DNA of 64,000 nt from Nitrososphaerota archaeon (GTDB lineage Archaea > Thermoproteota > Nitrososphaeria > PSMU01): positions 224,001 through 288,000 of the forward strand of contig PSMU01000001.1 of assembly GCA_040290255.1 (NCBI GenBank), given 5' to 3'. Shown here piece by piece: positions 16,702 to 24,741 of the stretch. Under the pieces are notes generated by a model. It did not search any database. It was not told the DNA's origin and worked only from the letters and a program-made list of their open reading frames with translations. Every line of letters starts with the position of its first letter. Position 1 is the stretch's first letter. Both the position numbers and the translations under genes were made by a program.

Positions 16702-18840
16702 ATGTCGGTCCCCTCCTACGCCCTTTGGGCCATCTTCCTGGTGCCCTACGCCGGCGCCCTGCTCTCCTTGGCGCTCTGGAGGCTTCCGCGGCTCAGGGAC
16801 GGCGTGGCGCTCTCGGCCTCGCTCGGCAGCGCGCTGTTTTCGCTCTGGCCCCTGGCCTCCCTCCTCTCGGGCGGCCTGACCGTTTACGACTCCGTCATCC
16901 CCGCCCGCATCCCCTGGATCCCCTCCCTTGGCATCACGGCCGGCGTGCTGAGCGACCCGCTCACCATCATTCTGGCCAGCTTGGTGGCCTGGATCAGCTT
17001 TGCCGTCATGGTCTACAGTCTGGGCTACATGAGGGGCGACCCGGGCCTCACGCGCTACTGGTTCTTCATGAACTTCTTCATAGGCAACATGGAGCTGCTG
17101 GTGCTCTCGGATAACTTCCTTCAGCTCTTCTTCGGGTGGGAGGGCGTGGGGCTCTGCAGCTATGCGCTCATAGGCCACTGGTACAGCGATGAGGAGGATA
17201 AGTGGGTGGGCACCAGGGGGCACGTCGTATGGGGCGAGGAGCAGGCCTACCCTCCCTCGCATGCCGGGCTGAAGGCCTTCCTCATGACGCGCTTCGGCGA
17301 CGTCTTCTTCCTGGCCGGCCTCTTCCTGCTCTACAACTTCGCGCACACCTTCAACTATGACGAGCTGGCGAGGTCGGCGCTGGGGGCCGGAGGCTGGGCC
17401 GAGGCCCTGCGGGCCAGGGGCCTGCTCGTGCCCGTAGCCCTGCTCATCTTCGGCGGCGCCGTGGGCAAGTCCGCGCAGTTCCCGCTGCATGAGTGGCTGC
17501 CCGATGCCATGGCCGGGCCGACTACGGTTTCGGCGTTGATACATGCGGCGACGATGGTCAACGCGGGCGTGGTGCTCGTGGCCAGGGCAGCACCGCTCTT
17601 TTATGCGCCCTTCTCGGCCTCCCCCGAGGCCGTGCAGGGCTTCTTTCAGGCCGTGGCCTGGATAGGCGGCTTCACGGCCTTCTTGGCGGCCACGCAGGCC
17701 TGCGTGGGCTTTGAGCTGAAGAAGATCCTGGCCTACTCCACCTTCTCCCAGATAGGGTACATGATTCTGGCCCTGGGCGTGGCGGGGCTCTCCTCGTTGC
17801 CCGTGGGTCTCTCCGCCGGCACCTACCACTTGATGAGCCACGCCATCTTCAAGGCAACGCTCTTCTTGGCCGCGGGGGCGCTGATACATGCCTGCGAGTC
17901 AAAGTATGTGAGCGATATGGGAGGCCTGGCCGGGAGGATGAGGGTTACGCTGGCCGCCTTCCTCATCTCCGCCGCCTCCCTCGCGGGCCTCCCTCCCTTT
18001 AGCGGCTTCTGGAGCAAGGAGTCGGTGCTGCTCGCCTGCTGGCAGGCGGGCCAGTACGGCCTCTTCGCGCTGGCCGCGGCCTCTTCCGCGCTTACGGCAT
18101 TTTACTCCTTCAGGCTGCTGGGCCTCATCTTCTATGGCGGCGAAAGCGAGAGGCTCAGGCAGCTCTTGGGCAGGGGGCATGAAGTTAAGGAGGCGCCGCC
18201 CGTGCTGCTTCTGCCCTACGTAGCCCTTTCGCTGTTTACGGTGCTGCTGGGCCTCTTGGCGCCGCTCGTGGGCCTGGAGGCGCGGCTGGAGGAGGCCTCC
18301 ACGGCATACCTGGCCTCTCTGTTTCCAGGGCTGGCCACGGGCGGCCTGGGCGGCTTCGCGTTGGCCCCCTCCATGATCGGCCTGGGCCTCTCCTCGCTGG
18401 GCGCCGTCGTGGGCTGGGCGGCCTACATTTCGCCGCGGGCCGGCATTAGGGCCTTGGGGGCCACGGGCCTGGCAAGGGCCCTCTACTCCTTCTTCGAGGC
18501 GCGCTGGTACATCAACGCCTTCTACTATAAGGCCTTCATGAGGGCGCCGCTTCGGCTCTTTAATCTCGCCCAGGAGCGGCTCGAGCTCCCGCTGCTGGCC
18601 AAGCTGAGCGATGTGGGCGCGCTGGCGGGGGTGGGCCTCTCCTCCTTGGCCAACTGGTTCGACGCCAACGTGGTGGACAGGATGGGCGCCGCGCTCGCGG
18701 CCGTGAGCAGCTCGCTCTCTAGGGTAGCCAGGCGGCTGCAGAGCGGCGTGGTCGAGCAGTACCTCTTCGTCGTCGCCGTGGGCGCGGTGCTCGTGGTGCT
18801 GCTGCTCCTCTTCCTGCTGGGGAGGGTGGCGCCGGCATGA
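16702..18840 (+). CDS. nuoL: Complex I subunit L with extended C-terminal amphipathic helix
   Basis: WEGVG.CSY.LIG.W, GKSAQFPLH.WLPDAM.GPT.VSALIHAATMV, HAIFKA.LFL and QSG motifs. Confidence 0.95.
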   Translation: MSVPSYALWAIFLVPYAGALLSLALWRLPRLRDGVALSASLGSALFSLWPLASLLSGGLTVYDSVIPARIPWIPSLGITAGVLSDPLTIILASLVAWISFAVMVYSLGYMRGDPGLTRYWFFMNFFIGNMELLVLSDNFLQLFFGWEGVGLCSYALIGHWYSDEEDKWVGTRGHVVWGEEQAYPPSHAGLKAFLMTRFGDVFFLAGLFLLYNFAHTFNYDELARSALGAGGWAEALRARGLLVPVALLIFGGAVGKSAQFPLHEWLPDAMAGPTTVSALIHAATMVNAGVVLVARAAPLFYAPFSASPEAVQGFFQAVAWIGGFTAFLAATQACVGFELKKILAYSTFSQIGYMILALGVAGLSSLPVGLSAGTYHLMSHAIFKATLFLAAGALIHACESKYVSDMGGLAGRMRVTLAAFLISAASLAGLPPFSGFWSKESVLLACWQAGQYGLFALAAASSALTAFYSFRLLGLIFYGGESERLRQLLGRGHEVKEAPPVLLLPYVALSLFTVLLGLLAPLVGLEARLEEASTAYLASLFPGLATGGLGGFALAPSMIGLGLSSLGAVVGWAAYISPRAGIRALGATGLARALYSFFEARWYINAFYYKAFMRAPLRLFNLAQERLELPLLAKLSDVGALAGVGLSSLANWFDANVVDRMGAALAAVSSSLSRVARRLQSGVVEQYLFVVAVGAVLVVLLLLFLLGRVAPA

Positions 18841-20309
18841 TGCCGATCCTCTCCGCGCTGATCCTGCTGCCGCTGCTGGGGGCCCCGATAGGCTATGCGC
18901 TCTTCAGGCTTAACAGGCGCGCCGGCCTTGCCTTCTGCCTCTCGGTCACGGCCGCCACGCTGGCGCTCTCGCTGGCAGCCTATGCCCTGGTGGCCCTGCG
19001 CCCCTCCCCTCCCGGAGCCTATGCGCTGGTGGAGCGCTACAGCTGGGTCTCCCTGCCCGACTTCTCATTCGATCTGCTGCTCGGTCTGGATGGGCTGGGC
19101 GCGGTCCTGCTGGTGCTCTCCTCCCTCCTTACGCTTCTGGCGATGGCCGGCTCCCCCGCGCTCATCAGAGAAAGGGAGGGCGAGTACTACTCGCTGATGC
19201 TGCTCTTCGAGGGGGCGATAAACGGCGTGTTCAGTTCCCTGAACCTGATCTTCTTCTATATCTTCTGGGACCTGGTGCTGATCCCCATGTTCCTCTTCAT
19301 AGGCATCTGGGGCGGGCCGCGGCGCAAGTATGCGGCCCTCAAGTTCCTGCTGTACACCTTCACGGGAAGCGTGGTCATGCTCACCGGCTTCCTGATCGCC
19401 TACTTTGGCTCGCCCGTGCGCTCCTTCAACCTGCCCGAGCTCATGGGCCACGTGCCGGCTACGCTGCAGCTGTATTCGTTGCTCGCGGCCTTCATAGGCT
19501 TCGGGATAAAGCTGCCCGTCTTCCCCTTCCACAGCTGGCTGCCCGATGCGCACGTGGAGGCGCCCGCGCCCATCAGCGTGCTCTTGGCTGGGGTGCTGCT
19601 CAAGATGGGCGGCTACGGCTTCATAAGGATAGGCCTTCAGCTCTTTCCCGAGGCCTCAAGGCAGCTCGCCTGGCTCTTCATGGCCGTTGGGCTGGCCACG
19701 ATGTTCTACGGGGCCATCGTGGCGCTCCTCTCATCGGACCTCAAGAGGATGATCGCGCTCACGAGCATCAACCACATGGGCTTCGTGCTCCTGGGCGCCT
19801 ATGCCGCCATAGCCTCCGGCGCCGCCCTGGGCCTGCAGGGGGCCATCTTTCAGATGTTCAACCACGGCCTGGCCATAGGCTCCCTCTTCTTGCTCTCGGG
19901 CTATATACATGAGCAGGCGGGGACTAGGGAGATCAGCCGGCTGGGCGGGCTAAGGTATGCCATGCCGCGCACCGCGGCGCTCCTGATGCTCAGCAGCCTG
20001 GCGGGCATGGGCTTCCCCCTCTTCTCGAGCTTCCTAAGCGAATTCATGGTCATCGCGGGTGCCGTGGCGGGCTACAGGGCCTACTCGGTGGCCGTGCTGG
20101 TGCCCGTCATCACGGGGGCCTACTTTATGTGGATGCTGAGGCGCACGGTGCTCAGCGAAAGGAACGAAGCGCTGCCGGCGCACGACCTGCCGACGCGTGA
20201 GGCGCTGCTGCTCCTGGCCTTCCTGCTGCCCCTCACGCTGCTCCTCTTCATGCCCTCGCTCATCCTCTCGCCGCTGCAGCCCTTGGTGGAGAGCGTTATG
20301 GGGCCATGA
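18837..20309 (+). CDS. nuoM: Complex I subunit M, copy 2 (canonical motifs)
   Basis: YAALKF.LYT, IKLP.FP.H.WLPDAHVEAP, LLKMGGYG, NHMG and NHG motifs. Confidence 0.93.
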   Translation: MMPILSALILLPLLGAPIGYALFRLNRRAGLAFCLSVTAATLALSLAAYALVALRPSPPGAYALVERYSWVSLPDFSFDLLLGLDGLGAVLLVLSSLLTLLAMAGSPALIREREGEYYSLMLLFEGAINGVFSSLNLIFFYIFWDLVLIPMFLFIGIWGGPRRKYAALKFLLYTFTGSVVMLTGFLIAYFGSPVRSFNLPELMGHVPATLQLYSLLAAFIGFGIKLPVFPFHSWLPDAHVEAPAPISVLLAGVLLKMGGYGFIRIGLQLFPEASRQLAWLFMAVGLATMFYGAIVALLSSDLKRMIALTSINHMGFVLLGAYAAIASGAALGLQGAIFQMFNHGLAIGSLFLLSGYIHEQAGTREISRLGGLRYAMPRTAALLMLSSLAGMGFPLFSSFLSEFMVIAGAVAGYRAYSVAVLVPVITGAYFMWMLRRTVLSERNEALPAHDLPTREALLLLAFLLPLTLLLFMPSLILSPLQPLVESVMGP

Positions 20310-21757
20310 ACCCGCTCTACATCATCGCGGTCCTGCTGGTGGCCTCGCTCGCTACCGTGCTGCTGCAACTGCTGGGCGCCGGGCGGCGGGGGGCGGCGGT
20401 GCCGCTGTTGGGCCTTACGTTCGCGGTGGGCGCAACGCTACAGGGCCTCTTGGGCGGGGGGAGCGGCGTGGGCCCCCTGGCCGCGGACGGGCTGGGCTTC
20501 TTCTTCGCGCTGGTGGGCAGCTTCGTGGGCCTCTCAGCGCTAGTCGCCAGCCTGGAATACCTGAGGGGGGATGAGAATGAGCTGCTCTTCTACAGCCTCC
20601 TGCTCGCCTCGGTGGGGGGCCTTGTCGCGCTCTCCTTCGCCAGGGACCTGCTGACGCTCTTCGTCTCATGGGAGCTGATGGGCATCCCCACCTTCGCGAT
20701 GGCCGCCTTCAACAAGAAGAGCGAGGCCTCGCTGGAGGCGGGCCTGAAGTACTTCTTCGTGGGCGCCCTCTCGACCGGGCTGCTCGCCTATGGGATCTCG
20801 CTGGCCTATCTGCTCACGGGCTCACTGGACCTCGCCGGGGTGGCCGCGGGCTTCTCATCGCTCAGCGCCCAGCAGCTCCCCCTGGCGGCCGCGGCCGCGG
20901 GCCTCCTGGCGGCGGGCTTCGGGTTCAAGATGGCCTTCGTCCCCTTTCATATCTGGATCCCCGATGCCTATCAGGGCGCGCCCACGACGCTCTCGGCCTA
21001 CCTTTCCGCGGCCACCAAGAAGGCCGGCTTCGTCGCCGCCATAAGGGTGCTGCTCATCTCCCTCGCCCTTCAGCCCCTGCTGAGGCTCGGCTGGGCCGAG
21101 CTCTTCGCCGCCCTCTCGCTGCTCACGATGACCTTCGCCAACCTGGCCGCCCTGACCCAGAGGAGCCTCACGAGGCTGCTCGCTTACTCCAGCATCGCCC
21201 AGGCGGGATATATACTGCTGGGCCTGGCCGTGACGGGGCCCGCCTCGGCCTTCGCGCTCAGCTCCGCTCTCTTTCACGTGCTGAACCACGCGATCCTCTC
21301 GGGCCTCTCCTTCATAGCCGCCGCCTCGTACCTGAAGGGCCTGGGCACGGACGACCTGGATGCCCTGGCGGGCAGCGGGGCAAGGACTCCCTGGACCTCG
21401 GTGAGCCTGGCCATCGCGCTGCTGGGCCTCGCGGGCCTGCCGCCCATTAACGGCTTCTGGAGCAAGCTCTTCATCTTCTCGGCCTCGGTGCAGGCGGGCG
21501 GCGTCTACTGGTGGGGCCCCTACCTGGCCCTGGCCGGCTTCCTGAACAGCGCGCTGAGCCTGGGCTACTACGGCTGGGTGATTCGCAGGCTCTTCTTCGA
21601 TGAGCCCGCCGGAGAGGGAGGAAACGAGCCCAGGCTGCTGGCCCTGCTCTGTGCCGCCCTGGCCGCGCTGGCGCTGCTGATAGGCCTCCTGCCGGGGCCC
21701 TTCGCGCGCCTGCTCTACGATGTAGCTTCCTCCTTCTTGGCCAGCGGCGGGACCTAG
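20306..21757 (+). CDS. nuoN: Complex I subunit N
   Basis: EAGLKYF, FK...VPFH.W.PD.YQGAPT, RLLAYSSI.QAGY and GLPP..GF..K motifs. Confidence 0.93.
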   Translation: MNPLYIIAVLLVASLATVLLQLLGAGRRGAAVPLLGLTFAVGATLQGLLGGGSGVGPLAADGLGFFFALVGSFVGLSALVASLEYLRGDENELLFYSLLLASVGGLVALSFARDLLTLFVSWELMGIPTFAMAAFNKKSEASLEAGLKYFFVGALSTGLLAYGISLAYLLTGSLDLAGVAAGFSSLSAQQLPLAAAAAGLLAAGFGFKMAFVPFHIWIPDAYQGAPTTLSAYLSAATKKAGFVAAIRVLLISLALQPLLRLGWAELFAALSLLTMTFANLAALTQRSLTRLLAYSSIAQAGYILLGLAVTGPASAFALSSALFHVLNHAILSGLSFIAAASYLKGLGTDDLDALAGSGARTPWTSVSLAIALLGLAGLPPINGFWSKLFIFSASVQAGGVYWWGPYLALAGFLNSALSLGYYGWVIRRLFFDEPAGEGGNEPRLLALLCAALAALALLIGLLPGPFARLLYDVASSFLASGGT

Positions 21758-22026
21758 AGCGGCAGGAGGAGCAGCGCCACCAGGGCCACCGAGAGGGCTG
21801 AGAGCAGCGAGAGGCCTATGAGCGCCCTCCAGAAGGCCGAGGGGCTGGGCACGCCGCCCTTAAGCAGGGCCCCGGGCAGGAAGATCAGGCCGAGCAGCAT
21901 TATGTATAGCGAGAGCGCCTCCAGCCCCGCATATCTGTACATGCCTGGGTAGAAGAACATGAGCAAGAGGCCCGAAAAGCCCAGGAGGATCATGCCGACC
22001 GAGGCGTAAAGCAGCCCCTTGTCCAC
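21754..22026 (-). CDS. Small hypothetical membrane protein (3 TM)
   Basis: 90-aa hydrophobic ORF; GTG start follows a GGAGG-type SD; divergent from ctaB. Confidence 0.6.
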   Translation of the reverse strand: MDKGLLYASVGMILLGFSGLLLMFFYPGMYRYAGLEALSLYIMLLGLIFLPGALLKGGVPSPSAFWRALIGLSLLSALSVALVALLLLPL

Positions 22027-22095
22027 GCCGCGCGCTCCTCCCCTCCTTGCTATAAGTCTATAAGAGAGCCGGCCCCGCGCAGGGCGAGGCCTGGG

Positions 22096-22977
22096 ATGCT
22101 GGAGGGGAGCCAAGGGGGCGCGGCCAGGGCCTATGCCTCCCTCGCAAAGCCGGGCATCATCTCGCTCCTGGTCTTCACCGCCCTCGCGAGCAGCTTCGTG
22201 GCCTCCTGGCCCCACCTGAGCCCCCTCCCGCTCCTGGCCCTCGCCCTCGCGGGGGCCCTGAGCTCCGGGGGCTGCATGGCCATCAATGACTATGTGGACC
22301 GGGAAAGGGATAGGCGGGTGCCCTGGCTGCAGAAGAGGCGGCCGCTCCCGGCGGGCCTCCTGAAGCCCGACCGGGCGCTCTACTTTGGCCTCGCGCTGCT
22401 GGGCATGGGCCTAATCACGGCCTTCGCCCTCCTCCCGCTGCCCTCCGCGCTCTTCGTGCTGGCGGGGGCCGTGATCTACCTGCCGCTGTACACGCTTTAC
22501 CTGAAGCCCAGGCACTGGTCGAACATAGTGATAGGAGGCGCGGCGGGCAGCATGGCCTCGCTGGCCGGCTGGGCGCTCTCCTCGCCGCTGGATCTGCGCG
22601 CGCTTTCGCTCGCGCTGCTCGTCTTCCTCTGGACGCCCGGCCACTTCTGGAGCCTCTCGCTGGCCTTCAGGGGGGACTATGCGCGGGCCGGGATACCCAT
22701 GCTAACGGACCTGCTTACGGAGAGGGGCGCGGCGCTGGTGGTCTTCGCCAACGTGGCGCTGACGGTGGCCGCCTCGCTCGCGCTCTTCTTCTGGTGGACC
22801 ACGGCCGTATATCTGGTCCCGGCCGCCCTCTTCGGGGCCCTCGTGCTGCTCAGGGCCCGGGCGCTGCTCTCCGAGAACAGCAGGGCCGCGCGCCTCAGGG
22901 CCTTCAGGTATGCTACGCTTCATCTTTACGTGCTCTGGTTCCTGCTCATCTTGGATAAGGTCGCGAACTTTATCTAG
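22096..22977 (+). CDS. ctaB: Protoheme IX farnesyltransferase (heme O synthase)
   Basis: KP.I..L, N...DR..D...RPLP.G, YT..LK, NIVIGG..G and WTP.HFW.L motifs. Confidence 0.92.
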   Translation: MLEGSQGGAARAYASLAKPGIISLLVFTALASSFVASWPHLSPLPLLALALAGALSSGGCMAINDYVDRERDRRVPWLQKRRPLPAGLLKPDRALYFGLALLGMGLITAFALLPLPSALFVLAGAVIYLPLYTLYLKPRHWSNIVIGGAAGSMASLAGWALSSPLDLRALSLALLVFLWTPGHFWSLSLAFRGDYARAGIPMLTDLLTERGAALVVFANVALTVAASLALFFWWTTAVYLVPAALFGALVLLRARALLSENSRAARLRAFRYATLHLYVLWFLLILDKVANFI

Positions 22978-22998
22978 AGGAGGCGATGAGGCCGTGGC

Positions 22999-23478
22999 AT
23001 GGCCCTCCAAGAGGGAGACCTGGCCCCCGACTTCGAGCTGCCCGATGAGCGGGGGAGGCCCATAAGGCTCTCCTCCTTCAGGGGGAGGAAGGTCGTGCTC
23101 TACTTCTATCCCAAGGATGACACGCCGGGGTGCACGAAGGAGGCCTGCGCCTTCAGGGACCGCCTGCCGCTCCTTGAGGCGAGGGGGGCCCTCGTGCTGG
23201 GCGTGAGCACGGATGATGAGGCATCCCATGCCCGCTTCAAGGACAAGTACTCGCTGCCCTTTCCGCTGCTCGCCGACAAGGAGGCCAAGGTCTCGAGGCT
23301 CTATGGCGTTTACAAGCTCAGGAGCTTCGGGGGCAGGAGCTTCTGGGGCATAGAGCGCACGACCTTCATCATAGATGAGAACGGAAGGATAGCGAAGGTC
23401 TTCCCAAGGGTGAACGTGGACGGGCACGTGGAGGAGGTGCTGGCCGCGCTAGGGGCCACAAATGAGCAGCCCTTATGA
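22999..23478 (+). CDS. bcp: Peroxiredoxin Bcp/PrxQ
   Basis: [16 protein letters not shown] and RTTFIIDE.G motifs. Confidence 0.94.
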   Translation: MALQEGDLAPDFELPDERGRPIRLSSFRGRKVVLYFYPKDDTPGCTKEACAFRDRLPLLEARGALVLGVSTDDEASHARFKDKYSLPFPLLADKEAKVSRLYGVYKLRSFGGRSFWGIERTTFIIDENGRIAKVFPRVNVDGHVEEVLAALGATNEQPL

Positions 23479-23647
23479 AGAGTATCTGGAGCGGAGGATA
23501 AAGGAAAGGGAGGCCCTGCTGGACGGCCCCGAGAGCTCGGTGGGAAGGGCCAGAAGGCAGGAGCTGGAGAAGGAGCTGGCCTTCCTCAAGGCAGAGCTGG
23601 AGCGTTATAGGAAGGGCCTGAAGGCGCTGAGGAGGGAGGAGGGATAG
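23462..23647 (+). CDS. Small coiled-coil hypothetical protein
   Basis: 61-aa E/K/R-rich ORF overlapping the bcp end, with host-like codon usage. Confidence 0.6.
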   Translation: MSSPYEEYLERRIKEREALLDGPESSVGRARRQELEKELAFLKAELERYRKGLKALRREEG

Positions 23648-23650
23648 CCC

Positions 23651-24454
23651 GTGGCGCGGGCCGCGCCGTATACGCCCAGGACCTACTTCGTTTACCCGCC
23701 AGGGCCGCGGGGCCCGCTGCACTGCACCATCCTGCCCAAGCTCTCTGAGCGGCAGCTCTCGGCGCTGCTGGTCTTATTGGAGAGCAGGGGGCTCAGGTGT
23801 GAGCGCCTGGGTCCCGATGTGGCGCGCGTGAGAAAGGAGGGGCTTTGGTTTAGGCTGGAGCGCTCGGGCATCATGACGGGGTCCGTGGACCCCCTGGAGG
23901 CCCTACCCGAGCTCTTCGCGCTGCTGGGGCGCCTGGCCAAGAGGTGGCGGCCCAGGCCCGAAGCGAAGGGCCCCTTTAGCTCTTGGCGCAACGCCTACCT
24001 AAGGCTTCTTCTCTCGGGCCCCAGGGGCAGGATCGTGCTGAGCCCAAGGCTAGAGGCCCCAGGGGCAGGCTGGAGCAAGAATAGGGAGCGCCACGCCTGC
24101 CTGCTGCTGCCCGATGAGCTGCTGGTGCTGGCCTTCGCCATCAGGGCGGCGAAGCCCAGGGGCGTTGAGCTGCTCAGCCACAGGCCCTTCGCCCGGGCCA
24201 GGCCCCTATCGCTCGCTGGCCGGCTCTACTTCCTCATTAGGTTGAGCGCGGGCCAGGCGCGCCGCTGGCTTGAGCGGCAGGCGCTACACTACCCTGAGGA
24301 GGCAAGGCCCCAGCTGCTCCTGGGCCCCGACCTCTCGCTCCTGCTCTTCTCGCCCAGGCCGTTTGCGCTGACGGGGCGGGGGCTGAGGGGGCTCTGGTAC
24401 CTTCTGGGCCGCTGGTGCCTGGATCCGCAGGCGCTTGCGGGCGAGCTCTCGTAG
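23651..24454 (+). CDS. Hypothetical protein
   Basis: 267-aa ORF filling the gap, with a GGAGGGA SD; no recognised motif. Confidence 0.55.
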   Translation: MARAAPYTPRTYFVYPPGPRGPLHCTILPKLSERQLSALLVLLESRGLRCERLGPDVARVRKEGLWFRLERSGIMTGSVDPLEALPELFALLGRLAKRWRPRPEAKGPFSSWRNAYLRLLLSGPRGRIVLSPRLEAPGAGWSKNRERHACLLLPDELLVLAFAIRAAKPRGVELLSHRPFARARPLSLAGRLYFLIRLSAGQARRWLERQALHYPEEARPQLLLGPDLSLLLFSPRPFALTGRGLRGLWYLLGRWCLDPQALAGELS

Positions 24455-24468
24455 CCATCAACAGGACG

Positions 24469-24561
24469 TGCTCCGGGCGGGAGTTCCATGGCGCGCCACT
24501 TTGAACCCGCGATCTGCGGCTCGAAAGGCCGCTATGCTTGACCGGGCTACACCACCGGAGC
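24469..24561 (-). tRNA. tRNA-Glu(TTC) with a 17-nt intron at 59/60 (24483-24499)
   Basis: Acceptor stem GCTCCGG/CCGGAGC; anticodon arm GCGGC-CTTTCGA-GCCGC; T arm GCGGG-TTCAAA[GTGGCGCGCCATGGAAC]T-CCCGC, forming a BHB. Confidence 0.92.
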
Positions 24562-24639
24562 GGTGGCACGGGCGTCGCGAGGGCTTAAAAGCGTTAAGGC
24601 CTGGCGCAAACGAAATAAGAGCCCCCGCCCACCAAGGGC

Positions 24640-24741
24640 GGGCCCGTAGCTCAGCCTGGCAGAGCGACCGGCTCATAGCCTGCTGGGAGACCGGTCGGTC
24701 GTGGGATCGAAAGGCCTAGCTCGAGGAGCCCACCGGGCCCA
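24640..24741 (+). tRNA. tRNA with CAT anticodon, probably Ile2; introns at 37/38 (24678-24689) and 59/60 (24712-24727)
   Basis: Ile-type acceptor stem GGGCCCG/CGGGCCC; ACCGG-CTCATA[GCCTGCTGGGAG]A-CCGGT; GTGGG-ATCGAA[AGGCCTAGCTCGAGGA]G-CCCAC. Confidence 0.85.
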
